Origin: Oopsacas minuta | Taxonomy: Eukaryota; Animalia; Porifera | Assembly (NCBI GenBank): GCA_024704765.1 | Contig: JAKMXF010000155.1 | Coordinates: 62,001-126,000, forward strand | Direction: 5' to 3' | Length of the DNA: 64,000 bases | Part shown: positions 51,351 to 64,000 of the stretch, piece after piece | How positions within the stretch are numbered: position 1 is the first letter of the stretch | Layout of the letters: the number at the start of each line of letters is the position of its first letter | Translations under genes and position numbers: made by a program | The notes under the pieces: generated by a model | The model's input: only the letters and a program-made list of their open reading frames with translations | Databases searched by the model: none | What the model was told of the DNA's origin: nothing

Positions 51351-52029
51351 AGCCTTACTCGGTTAAAAACGAACCGAATATGAGTGAATTCATAATGTAG
51401 ATTAGATACTACAAAATACGTGTTTCAGTAAGCTGTAATAATAATTTCTCCTTCCAGGTTACAAATGCTAAAAATACAACTATGAAACTTGATCAAATTG
51501 GATAAAGCAAGATCAAAATTCCGAATTATATAACGAATACGCTCGTACATTTAGAATGAAATTATGTTTTCTTGTCTCCAGATATGCTGAATTCAATAGG
51601 ATAATTTGAATTAGTGATCTAAGATTACAAAACAAAGCCTATTTCCACCTATAAGCCCACTGTGTGATTCACAACATTGAATCGACCTAAAAACTCTCGT
51701 CTCATTCCAGGCTTTTCCAAGTGCATTGCCTAGCGATAACATTCAACACTAGATAATTATATAATAATCGATCTTATAGTATGTTTTCATTCATTCCCAC
51801 CGATTAAAACACGGGAATATTAAGTGATATCCTAATGTAGAAACATAAACACCCTAAAATTTCATCGGGCGATGTGATAACAAATCGCCACCCACTGCCT
51901 TCAATCTATGCTTGGTATTCTTACAAAATAAAAAATACGGACTACAACTAACAAGAAGGTAAATACAATAACAAATATATCGATCAGAAAATGGGAATTA
52001 AGGAAGAATAAGACTTAGATAGATACAAA

Positions 52030-53532
52030 ATATATTAGTAAATCTTAATGATTGTTTGTTTGTCTGCTTGTCTGTTTGTTTGTCCGTTGTCAAGGAAAGG
52101 ATTTACGGTATGCAATTTTGAAATTGTAGCATAACTATGTATTTATCTTGTTTATCAAGGAAGTAAATAGAATTCAATAAAACTTCACTAAATATATCGA
52201 ACATGCTGATTCCGGTTTTCACACTTTTGGATTAATCATATGTAAATCTATTGTTGTTTTATTAATATGAAGTAAACAAATTATCTAAATCTGAAAATAT
52301 AGGTACAGCGTTCTTCTAAACGGCTACCCAAGGGTAACTAAGTACGCTGAATCCGAATTTCGCATTTTCAAGTTTCTTACATGTAAATATATTGTTGTTT
52401 TTATGAATATAAAGTAAACAAATTTCAAATTGAGGTAGAATCATACATTCAACGGAAATACTGGGGTAATCGAGTATGCTGAGTCCGAATATGATATTGT
52501 AAACAAGATACTGTCATTATTTGTTTACTTTTAGGTGCATAAAGTAAACATATTTAATAATTGATGATATAGTGTTCTAAATATAGCTATATTATAATCC
52601 TCAAGGGACTATTAATTTTGGAGAATAATGGATACCTCGATGCGCAATGCGGCGTTTCATCGCGAAACGACCGAGCCAAAGGCTCGTTAAGTATTAAATT
52701 CGATGAGCCGAATTTGCGAGGCCAGGTAAGGCGCCCCCAGAAGCCAGAACGCTCAGGCACATGGATTGCAGCCTTTCTGGCGTATTGGATGATCCGTGCC
52801 CGTGTATAAATAATCTGATAATAATATCAAAATTTTGTAATACAAAATGTGGCTCTTTCTTGAGTTACTGGAAAGACTATAGTTAAAAAATTTTTATGAA
52901 TATCCATTAATAATATTACTAAATCAGTTTAGCAATAACCTACTACGTATATAAAAGGCGTAACAGTAACTGGACAATAAATTATCAACCATCTTAGTCT
53001 AAAAAATTTCAGGAATACGTCGAAATAAGTTCCTAGTAAGCCATTATTTGGTAAAATATGTAATTCGTTGATGCCATAGACTGAAAATAATGGATATGTA
53101 ATTTCAATGTGAATACAGGAGATGATCTATAGATACATATTTTCAAACAAAATATCACAATTTTGTGACACAAAAGTTAGCTCGCCACAACAAAATGTAT
53201 CAAGTAGTGTATTTAGCCTAAATTGGCTAGACTGATTTGACAATGACTCTAACGATTTTATCGTGGTATAATCGGATGTTCATAAAATTATAATCACTGT
53301 TCTTTATGTTACTCAAGAAAGAACCAACTGTATGAAAGTACATACCGATCAACCTTTCAACTATTTCCCCTGATATTTATCTCGAAATGCCCGATTTTCA
53401 CTTGATGTCTAATAGTATATGCAAATATAATAAATTTTTCAATATTTATCAGAAAATTGGGAGAAATATCCAATATTTTCCCTAGTTATTATGTCAAATC
53501 GCTGGATAAGCCAGGGATCTCGAGAAGGCTAG
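52030..53532 (+). mobile_element. Non-autonomous Helitron/Helentron-like element (DINE-1-like layout)
   Basis: 5' (TTTG/TCTG)n microsatellite at about 52052-52085, internal tandem repeats, 3' hairpin CTGGATAAGCCAG (53502-53514) followed by CTAG (53529-53532). 5' boundary approximate. Confidence 0.6.
52190..52560. repeat. Three degenerate tandem units, period about 132-141 bp
   Basis: Anchor (A/T)YGCTGA.TCCG at about 52203, 52344 and 52476, each followed by ..AAGTAAACA. Confidence 0.75.
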
Positions 53533-53954
53533 CAAGTATGAAAGTATAAATATTTATAGATCATTTCCAGTATTAGATTTGAAATGAAAGATGCAATATT
53601 TAACGTTCGACATCGACAAGATATCAAAGAATGACATGGTATAAAAATAAATGTTTACCAGGCGCAATAATCGGCACATTCCTGAATAGAATATAATATA
53701 ATGGTTGATAATTTATTGTTCTACAAATATGTACTAAATATACTCGGGCAAAAATGTCAAAAATAACTTCAATGAATCTACACTCTATTCTTTGATAAAC
53801 ATAGGCTCCTACGCTAAGGAGTCAAGTATAATATATAGCTTACATTATGGTTTGATCATAAGTAGTTTATAGAGAAACGCAACTTAGTGATACAAAATAC
53901 GGCATAAGAGAAATAAATGTATTGTGCTATGTTCTTCAATCTAATAAATCTAGG

Positions 53955-54566
53955 CAGGGCGGACTGGCCTACAGGGAGAAGAGGAGATTTCCCGGTAGGC
54001 GGGTGAGTCGATAGGCCAGTGAGCTGCTTAGAACCCTTCTGAGTAATGTAAAAAACTTTCAAAACACCATGGAAAAACAGTTAAACTACAATAAAAATAT
54101 GGGAGAATTTCAAAGTCTGCTCATTATAACGATAAATTTGCCAATTTCCTATTGTCAATTTACTACGGTAATCTATTTTCCAAAATATATTTACTCAATA
54201 TTTGGTTGTCTGGGCTGCAGTAGAGGCCGCAACCTCGGCGTTTTTACATTCTAATTAACACGTGTTGGAGTATAAATTTGATAGGAGAAGACTATTCCAA
54301 TTGATAAACGGAGCTACACCCTCATATTTGCAAGGGCAAGACATTTAGACACCTATCATATCGAGATTTAGAGATCCATTTAGATCTTAGAATTTTATCA
54401 CAGTTCACACATATGATAAATAACTAGTCTCTAGCTTTTACTTACCAGTTCCTCAATCAATGCTATACAAATCACTAAGATATGTTTGACTTTCATTTTC
54501 GAATTTTAGTGAAGTGGCCAGTTTGGGAATTTTCCTGGGCCGAATAATTGAGCCAGTCCGCACCTG
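53955..54566. mobile_element. hAT MITE, 612 bp
   Basis: TIRs CAGGGCGGACTGGC and GCCAGTCCGCACCTG. 8-bp TSD AATCTAGG / AATCTAAG (7/8). Confidence 0.85.
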
Positions 54567-56668
54567 AATCTAAGAAGAAATATTTAGCAATGCCTGAGTT
54601 ACTTCAAGCATGCAAAGTGAAATCCATTTCACAATATTGTGTACAAAAATGTATATACACGTTTGAATCAACAGATCAAGAGGGAGTAACATCATGGGAG
54701 ATAAGTAAACGTTCAAGATCTAATATAAAAGAATGGGGTTGCTCTAAAGCGAAACCGACGATCACTGAACAGTATATAGCCAAAGCTATGGAATTACATT
54801 ACACACTCACTCCATACTTTAAAAAATATAATATATTCCAGTCGCAAAAGTATAAGGGGATAATAGAAATATGACGTGAAGATAATACCAATTATTAGTA
54901 AATTTTCTGAAAATTTACAAAGTGGCATAAGTTAAAAAATTATTTTTCGTATCGGAGAAAATTTCAGGAATTATGTGAGTCATGTGTTACAACATTTAAG
55001 AATATTAAAAGCTTCGGGGAATAGACTACCCTCCGTACTAAATAACAACGTGAATTGATGAAAATGTTCAAATGTAATGTAAACCATATATACACAAAAT
55101 ATAAATATATTATCATGATAAGGTTCGCACGTTTCTGAGTTGCAGCATCTAAATAGTAATTTTCAGGATAACGAAATAATATTCAAATAATATACTATAA
55201 CTTGGCTATACTGATTTGAACATAATTACAATAATCATCGAGTTATAAGAGAATACTACTGATAAACATGCGCCATCCATGGTCTGTAGTATAATTATCT
55301 CAACAACAAAGAACCATATTATCATGACAATTTATGAATATTTGGTATAGAAACGGTTTTAGACCATCATATATCGGGACATTTTAATCAAATATAGATA
55401 TTAAGTTCAACATGGTTTCAAAGCTGGAACAATTTCGAGTAACAGCGCAAAATTATTGCTTCTAAAGAAACACATATTGACAAAGATTTTGCTCTTATAG
55501 GTTGATGACATGTGTTTCCACAATTATGTAATACTCACATTCGGGCACAGGTGTATCATCTCTGAAATATTAAACCAGCACAATAACTCACTCGTTTAGA
55601 CAACCCCTAGACTGAAAAAAATCGCCAAAAGGCTAGTACTTAGAAAATCAAATAGCCCCAATAAATTAACAATCAAGCAACCATATGCCCTAAGCCAAAC
55701 AACGATAAACAGTGTCGAAATTTTGATAGTGAAATTGTTTGTATAAAAGAAGGAACTTAGAAAAAAAAAGAGATTCAGATTCTCATCTCGGTTTATCATA
55801 TCGAGTAACCAATAAATGCCAAATACAAGAGCTGGCAAATGTATTAGAAAATAAATTAGGGAGGAACAGACTTGAAAAATATACCTGAATATCGGAGAAA
55901 AAGTGTCTCTGAATAAAAAGTATGATTTCTATCGACTTTAAAATATTTAAATGCCGTACATCACTGGAGAATGAATCACAAAGATCCATGAAGGAGAATT
56001 AATTGAAATATGAAAGCTATTAAAAAATTAATTGGTTAGTAGTCAGGGCGCTTAGGACACAAAATAGGCCAATTCATGAACATTGTGATAAAAGTACTGA
56101 ACTTCTAACTGATATTATTATCAGGCATCGTGGAGAATATATTATTAGTAGACGCAATCTATATCTACCCTATGTCAACCTTGGACCTCAGCAAAATAAA
56201 TACTAGGACGGGATAGAAATCGTGTTCAGCAGGAAATTTCCAGCAATTTGATACATATAATGACAATAAATGTATGGATTTTTCTCTAGCAACGCAAACA
56301 TCCTCAGAAAAGTGACAAAATGCCATTCTCGAATTTGTCCCAACCCTAGTGACCCATTATTCGACGCCGCTAGGCTAGCAGAGTCTATATATACACATAT
56401 CGACAAAATTAAGGCGACAATTGTAGTAACTAAATTTGCTGATGCAGAATTTTCATCTTTCAGTTCATCTTTAGTGAATTTACAAGATATAGATTTCATA
56501 AATTCTGCTATGATATACTTTGGCAAATCCGAAGCAAGGAATGTCAACTCTCAAGCCTCATGCGATCACAAATTTGGGAAGCACTTACAAGTGAAGAGCC
56601 CTTGCTTCGGGTATATATCGAAATTTTTCTTAGAAATGGCGTCATTATTATGAGATGAGTATATAAGA

Positions 56669-58941
56669 CAGTGTTTCCAAAACTGGGGGTCGTGGGACAT
56701 TGCATTAGCTCGAATTCATATACAGTTGAGGGATTTAATTTAGCAAGTTGTCAATTATCTTTGTTTCGTTTGACTAAGTCTGTTTATGGTTGCTTTAGTG
56801 TCTGTAAACATATAGTATTATGGTGTTAAATCAAAACTTTATTTTAAATGGTGTAAATTTACTTATGATGTAATTATAACAACTATACTGAACAATATGC
56901 GTAGTGTACACTTATTACAGTGTCATTAGGTTAATGGTATTTAAGTACATTTATGCAATAATTATGTAATAGAAATTTTCTAAAATCAAAATCAACTATC
57001 ATAGCAACGGCTCCAAAAAAAGCGGAAGTACGCAGAAGATTATATAAACTATGGATTTACATATATTCAAAATTCGGGAATTCAAAACCCCCAATGTGTC
57101 GTATGCAATGAGCTCTCCCAGCCGAATCAATGAAACCGAGTAAATTAAAAAGACATCTCAAAACTCGTCATCCTGAACATTCATCTAAAGATCCTTCATT
57201 TTTCAAAAGGATGGAAACTGTGTTGAAGCGATCAAGACTTGATACAACAGGCACTTATCAACAACAGTCGCTCACCTGTATTGAAGCTTCATACCTTGTA
57301 TCTTTAAGAATAGCAAGAAAGCACAAACCTAACACAATTGGAGAGCACCTCATACTCCCTTGTGTAATGACATAGCTCAACTTATTTTTGGAAATGAATG
57401 CGCCAAAAAGTCATCATGCATCCCTCTTCCTAATAACACCGTCGAGCGAAGAATTTCTGATATTCGTATAATATCCTGAAACAGATTGCGAAACAATTAC
57501 TCGTTTTTCCTATTAAGTTGTTTTCACTGCAACTAGCTGAGTCTACAAGATGTTTCATCATGCTCACAATTAATGGTATACTACCGTTATGTTTACAATA
57601 ATAAATTTAAGGAAGAGTTTTTGTTCTGTCGTGAACTTGACACGACAACCAGAGCACAGGATATCTTTGAACTGATTGACAATTTTTTCCAAGATAATAA
57701 ACTCGAGTGGAAGGATTTGTATGGCGTTTGGAGTGATGGAGCACCAGCTATGCTTGGTTCGCGTTCAGGCTTTCAAAGGCTTGTCAAAGATAAATCACCA
57801 AAAAGTCACAGGAGTACACTGCGTGATCCATAGACAAGCGCTAGCTTGTAAAACTATACCACCACAGCTCTTAGAAATGATGTCTACAATAATAAAGATA
57901 GTTAACTTTATTATCAAATCCAGTGCACTTAACACGCGGCTTTTCAGAGAACTATGCGAGGACATGACTGCCAGTCACCAAACTCTACTCTTTTACACTC
58001 AAGTACGTTGGCTTTCAAAGGGAAATGTTCTTCAAAGAGTCCAAATATTGCTTCCGGAGATAAAGGTATTCCTTGACCAAAATGCAAAACATGAATTTTT
58101 GTCAATAATCTCAGATGAGAGGAGCGAAATACATCTTGCTTACCTTGTCGATATTTTTGATTCCATCAACAGTTTAGATATCTCTCTTCAAGGCAAAATA
58201 AATACATTATAGATTTGAATGGAAAACTAAATTCTTTCCAATGAAACTTAAGAATTGGAAAGAATAATTGAAAATGGAAATATTTTGTATGTTCGGAGGG
58301 TTATCTGAACCTTTCGAGAAGAAAGATATTAGGCTAGTCGAGGACACCAAAGGTATTATCAGTGAACACCTTGCAGCTATGGAATCTGAATTTTCTCATT
58401 ATTTTACTGAATGTGGTGACATCGAATATACTTTACTCAGAAATCAATTCATTTTATCTTCTCAAACAATACCTGATATGAATGATCGGGCTCAGGATGA
58501 ATTAATAGGACTTATCAATGATGGATCTGCAAAGGAAGTCTTTAAAAGAGAGGAATTTATTACTTTTTGGAGCTTAATGAAAGTTTCATATCCCACATCG
58601 ACAAGAATTGTGCTCCGAAAACTTCTGCCATTTGCGACAACTTACCTCTGTGAATCAAGTTTTTCCACTCTTCTACGGCTAAAAAAGTAGCACTAGGAAT
58701 AGATTAAAAGTGGAAGATGATCTACGTTGCGTACTCTCTACCATAGAGCCTGAAATACAAGAGTTAGTTAAGCAGAAACAACTACATCCTTCACATTAGA
58801 AAACATTTATTAGTGATATCATACCATAATACTACTGAATTGATCATGAATTATCATATAATCCTAGTCAACTTTGGGGGGCCGCGAGGTTTTTGATGAA
58901 CTAAAAGTGGGTCGCTAAGTATAGAAGTTTGGGAACCACTG
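56669..58941 (+). mobile_element. Buster/Charlie-type hAT transposon, 2273 bp
   Basis: TIRs CAGTGTTTCCAAAACT and AGTTTGGGAACCACTG. TSD ATATAAGA / ATATAGGA (7/8, nnnTAnnn). Confidence 0.93.
57001..58799 (+). pseudogene. Buster transposase (ZBED5/ZBED8-like family), multiple frameshifts
   Basis: MKPSKLKRHLKTRHP, IGEHLILP, KEEFLFC, SDGAPAMLG, HCVIHRQAL, VRWLSKG, FATTYLCESSFS, QLHPSH*. Confidence 0.93.
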
Positions 58942-59519
58942 ATATAGGATGTAGAGTGATTGATGTCCTATAATCTTTCAAGGTCAACCAATTACAAAAC
59001 GAGAGTCAAGATGTGTTGAAACATGTGAATCTCAGTTTGGATCCGTGCGACTTCAAAACTCTTCCAGATCCTTCTATGAATATGCAAGTGGGACGGAAAA
59101 TTTGACACAATATATGATGACCTGTCTCACAAACCATTTTTATGAATGAACTTCACTTTCAAGGCAAAAATATAATAGAATCGTCCCAGAAATCAAATGT
59201 GTAGATTCTCCTTCATTAGTGATGGCTTGATGGCATTATGGAACAGATAGAAGTTGTATGCTACTACTTTCTGATCCTCTGTAGGTATGGACTTAATTCG
59301 GTTCCTAATAGGCGAATGATCACAACAAGCGGGATTATAATAAGCAATTTTGAATGTAGCTGTATCAATAGAATAGGTAAAAATGACATGATATTATAAG
59401 ATGTGTTACTTCTTCATAGTAAATGGATTGTAACATCATAGTATAATCTCAAAATATCATACCTCGAGATATCACAAGTGTTAAGTTAGCAGACTATTCG
59501 ACCATACTTCAGCCACTAA

Positions 59520-59553
59520 TGTATAAGTGACGCACATGTATAAGTGACGCACC
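59520..59553. repeat. 17-bp tandem duplication TGTATAAGTGACGCAC x2
   Basis: Direct repeat visible at 59520-59553. Resembles pogo/Tc2-type subterminal TATAAG.CGCAC motifs (inference). Confidence 0.7.
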
Positions 59554-60879
59554 TGTATACTAGACCCCCATGTAAACTTGACCCACATCCACTTATCAGA
59601 TTTTAACAAACTTAATCTCATTCGATAGAGCAGCATAGAAAGTTTAACCGAATGTGACTTTGGTTTAAAATTTTTTACTTAATATAGCATTTTTTGGTCA
59701 ATTGCCTATGTATACGAATTCATTAAAATTACTACCTAGAAGTTAGAATCCGATTCCGAAATTCGTATACACAATTGTGCAATATGAAGGTATAATTTAT
59801 CAACATGAACGCCTCAAAATTTACAGATACCTTAATGTTTTATTCTATAATTCAATTCCTTAAAAAACAGGAGGTCGTTAGCACTTTTTTAAAGACATTT
59901 GTGGCCATAAACTTCTAAACTTCATCATTTTCCAAAACAAATATATTTGTGCATACAAGTATGACTCTAGCCTCCAGTACATGTTTGTCATGTTTACAAG
60001 TTGATTGACTTCAAACTAAGCTAGTTACGATTCCAAATTAGAACGGTCTATTCTTATCTATTCAATGAAAAAGGTTAATTGATTGTACAAATTATACAAA
60101 CCCCTTCGCCATAGTAATACTATTTTGATATTTTTGTTTCAAACACTCGATTTTGCTTTGTTTGCTATCATATTAGATATTTCTTAGTTCTTGCTCTACA
60201 CTATTCATTATTTTGTCTGACTACCTGTTGCATTAGCGGGTATAGAAGAAAAGAAAGGAGTTTGTTACAATGTTCTTACCATCAAATGATTTTCTCCTTT
60301 CTATATCACAGCCTGAAACAGAAAAAATGATTAGGTACTCTTGGGTTTAACAGGAATCCATGGATACTTGCACTCCACCACTCACCATCTAAACTCTCAA
60401 TTGATTTCTTACTCTTAGAATATTAGATAAAGTTTCAGACATTAGAGAGCATACAGAATGTCTTTTGCCTTCGAGATTTAGTAATTGCACCACTTCATCT
60501 GCTGCTCGGTTGATATCATAGTCTTGAACCTTCAATATGATAGCCAAGTCAAGACGTGTTTTCGGGCTCTCAGATTATATTGTGGCTTCAGCCATCTTGA
60601 AATTGATAAGTAGAGGTTCAATAGGTTATCAATTTAATGAACTTGATACTGCCTCATAATATGCAGTACACAGTGCCGGTCAAAAAGAATGATGGCCACA
60701 CTTCACTCAATTAGGCCCGGGCGAAGCTTAACAAATTCATGTCTCGAAATGAACAAAATATATAATGAGAAACTTTGAAAAAGAAATAAAAATTTCAAAA
60801 ATATACGTGAAATAGGATCACTTTGTGAGATCTATTGAGTAAGTTATTTTGAATTGGATTTAAATAATTAGAGGATCCA

Positions 60880-61012
60880 CATATATATATATACAAAAGA
60901 ATTCAGAAAACGAAATTCAAAGTACAAATATCCGTTATCATTTCTCAAAAATGGACAAACAAACAAACAAACAAACAAAGACCATAACAACTGAGGTTTA
61001 GAATATAGATTA
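60880..61012 (-). mobile_element. Helitron-like 5' remnant containing (CAAA)6
   Basis: Minus strand reads ATCTATATTCTAAA..(TTTG)6 TCC, the same layout as the start of the 52 kb element. Microsatellite at 60956-60979. Confidence 0.4.
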
Positions 61013-61187
61013 CTTCTATTATCTGTCAAATATCGTGGACTCCCTCGCACAGTGACTATCAACAATCGAATGTATGGTACTTGGACCATTCTAATCAGTA
61101 GATACTTTTGGATTCGGTTCAAAAATATTGCTAACTTTATCGATCCAGAGAAATTATTGAAAAATTTCATTTCTTATCAAAGACACT

Positions 61188-61545
61188 GGGGGCCTCCATT
61201 CACTAAACAACTTAACATAATATTGGCTTAACTTTTAAGTAAAAACTAAGTATTTGCTTAGGTTTTCAGCAAAACTAAGTATTCAGTTTGACTTAAGCAA
61301 AACTTATATAAATCTTAAGTCATATTTAAGTTAGTATTTACTTCACAAAACCTAAGTAAAACTAAATATTTGCCTAACTTCAAGCAAACACCAAGTATCT
61401 GCTTAAGTTATTTAAGCAAAACTAAGTATTCGGTTAAACTCAAGTAAACTTAAGCAAAGCAAATCGTAATTCGGATTTAAGTTGGTATTCACCAAACAAA
61501 ACTTAAGCAAAAAACTAAATATTTCCTTGAGTTAGTTCAAATACC
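61188..61545. repeat. Degenerate minisatellite of ACTAAGTAT / CTTAAGCAAAA motifs behind a Harbinger-MITE-like end
   Basis: Starts GGGGGCCTCCATTCACTAAAC, then many AAAACTAAGTATT and ACTTAAGCAAA units. Confidence 0.65.
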
Positions 61546-63069
61546 CTTCAATACCCTCGTTATTCATTATTTCCTCTATAGCAATTCCATCAATGTTAAT
61601 CTCATCAGGATCTTACTGATTGTTTAACGTGGCCATTGACTCTCATCTAAATTCCCACCAGACTTATATTGTACTCACAGACTTCAATACCACACTACGC
61701 CACCGCGCCCGTACTTAACCTTACATATGAAAATGAATACGTGCGACAAATTAATTCAACATGCAGCAATAAAGAACATGCTATAGTTGAGTACAGCAAC
61801 CTGAACTGTAATTTAGGTAGGTATTTTCGATTATGGATCAGTTCAAACTACTAGGAATCAGTGAAATTTCAAAATAGAATAGTTCAAAAAGTAATAAATA
61901 TTCCGAAAAGAAATTTAAAAACATGATCCACCAACCCTCCATAGGATCCTTAAGAAAAATTATGTCAAAAGAATAATGAGAAGGCTGTCAAATAACACAT
62001 TATTGTTGACCGTTTAGAAAATTTTCTGGCCTTAATGCTAAGTCATCAGACATATTTCTACATTTTGATGACATTTTCATAATACACCAACGCTATACTT
62101 TCGAATAGTAACAATATTTTTCTCTAGCTTTATGAAAGTCGGTCAAATAAACGATTGAAGTGAATAAATTTTTAGTTCGAATTGACTGCTAATTTATTCT
62201 GCGTCTATATCTCACCTATCGCCTAGTATAAATATAATTAAATTCAGTCGGATTTGGGTTAAGGAACATGAGTTTGAACTGACCCTACTTTATGAGAATA
62301 TGATTCATCCCTACCACTCTCACTCCAACTTAAAATTTGAATTCCTCTAGCTCGGCGACTTGTTAATATTATTTAATTAAATTAACTTTCATAAACGTCC
62401 ATATGGGCAAAGTATGCATAGAGAATTTCAGAACTTCTGACTTTTAGGTTGGTAAATTCAATGGAGACGTGACTCTAAAAATTCTGACCAAACTAGTAAC
62501 TAAAAGTAAAAATTTTAAATCAACATATTGCGTAAACGTCCAACTCTCCTCCTTCCAAAGATACTAATTTCGTTTAAATCTGATGAGTATAAGTGAGTCA
62601 AATTAGTGACTGAAGTCACCTCTTGTTGAACTTTCTGCTAACTTCACATTCGCTAATTGACTAACTCAAATACTAAGTTGTATAATACGCATATAACATA
62701 TAATACGTAATATGTGATCTATTGTGTACGTATTATACGTCTAGATTAATCACGAAATAGAAGATTTTGACATTTTTAGACTTGCATATATCACATAATT
62801 ATCAAGTATTATAAAATTTGGTCAACTATGCTGATTTTTCTAATTAACAATTCGAGAACCTCTATTTTTATGTGAAATATCGATTGCAGAAATCATCCCA
62901 ATTGAAGTTACGTCACCAAAAATTGTAGATTGAATGTATAACACGTAATACATCTTCATTAAAAGACGTATTGAACAACTTAGCTCAAATATATAGTACT
63001 TATAAATATCCTGAGAAGTGAAACTGTTTCCTATTGACGAATCTTGCTATTTTTACTGTTAAATTTATA

Positions 63070-63760
63070 AATCTGAGACGAAGAAAGTCGTCTAAATGTG
63101 CATCGGTTAATCTTGATAATATCTGTTCACAGATCTAAGTGCTGCCAAAAGCAAATATCATCGTTTTGTAACATTTCATATAACATACCTTGATAAAATT
63201 ACAATGTATTAACTCATTATGCTTTCACTTAAGATTCTTGTTGGCTGTAGATCTATAACTTCTATTTGGAAATACTCCGGAAGACTTCAACATCGACAAT
63301 TAACGGATATGAAAACAGAAGAATATATTATGAGATTGCATCAAAATCTCCAAACATCTCTATGAGTGATTCAAAACAGCTCTTGCCAATGAATCGGCAA
63401 ATGGTACTGATACTGAGTCATCTTGACAACTTGGCCAAGTTTGAATTTTACAAATTGTAAGTAGAATGCTGTTTTGAAATATAGTCAATTTGGGATCAAA
63501 ATAAGGTCATAAAAATTTCATTAATTAGCCCTCCGTTACCTAGTAGTCTCAAGTTCGGATCATTAGAATATTGTGTGACATCTGCAAGTAAGGTCAGCTG
63601 CCACACCAATTTTCCATCCCATAGTTCATCAACTGGAATCCCCGATCTAGTCATGAAATTGCACATTTCTCTACGCAACTTGCAAATCAAACACGACACT
63701 TTTTGTACACTTTGTATGCAAAAAACTATCCATTCCATTTATCGTTCTCGACCTCTTTCT
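63070..63760 (-). pseudogene. SPIN/GTF2IRD2-like hAT transposase remnant
   Basis: ELWDGKLVWQLTLLADVT..NDPNLRLLG; FGDFDAI; PEYFQIEVIDLQ; FGST*ICEQILS..RLTDAHL. Confidence 0.75.
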
Positions 63761-64000
63761 ATCTTACGCATTTTCAGTAAAGACATTTTAAGTTGAATGT
63801 TAACTAATACGTATTTGAGAGACTTGAGTAAAGAATCATAAAATTTATGCAAAATTTGTGTGATTATGTTAATTGGCTTGGTAGAGATTCAATTTCTATT
63901 TGTAATTGTACTAAGCCATGAAAGTGTATGTTTGCAATCAACGTCTCCCAGTTTAAATACACCAAAAACAAATCGTAAATCATTACTATTCGAATTCGTT

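Noticed and set aside
54548-54874. 108-aa ORF starting at the MITE boundary
   Set aside because: The start codon lies inside the MITE TIR region and I recognise no domain.
56203-56547. 114-aa minus-strand ORF that looks like a hydrophobic host exon
   Set aside because: No good splice acceptor, no recognisable family, and it overlaps an equally long opposite-strand ORF.
60170-60600. Minus-strand decayed frame starting MAEATI*SESPKTRLDLAIILK
   Set aside because: Multiple stops and frameshifts with no diagnostic motif, so it cannot be assigned.

Overview
AT-rich eukaryotic (invertebrate-like) DNA that is essentially a DNA-transposon graveyard. I found no recognisable host gene, RNA gene, CRISPR array or retrotransposon ORF. 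Elements supported by TIRs, TSDs or catalytic motifs: several hAT lineages (hATm, Buster/Charlie, SPIN/GTF2IRD2-like, Ac/ZBED-like and a Tip100/ZMYM1-like element), Tc1/mariner lineages (DD34D mariner, DD37D maT, DD34E Tc1, DD37E), a Mutator-like element, a P-element derivative, pogo- and piggyBac-type MITEs, and Helitron-like non-autonomous elements, many of them nested. The only intact long ORF is a 763-aa hAT transposase (15203-17494) inside complete TIRs with a non-canonical 5-bp TSD. The most unusual architecture is a MULE transposase whose reconstructed frame runs FLYWCH - DDE - C-terminal C3HC4 RING finger (27484-29550). Also notable are two near-identical inverted Tc1 copies sharing one nonsense codon and a tail-to-tail pair of DD37E elements. 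All motif calls, alignments and counts were made by eye; no database search was run.
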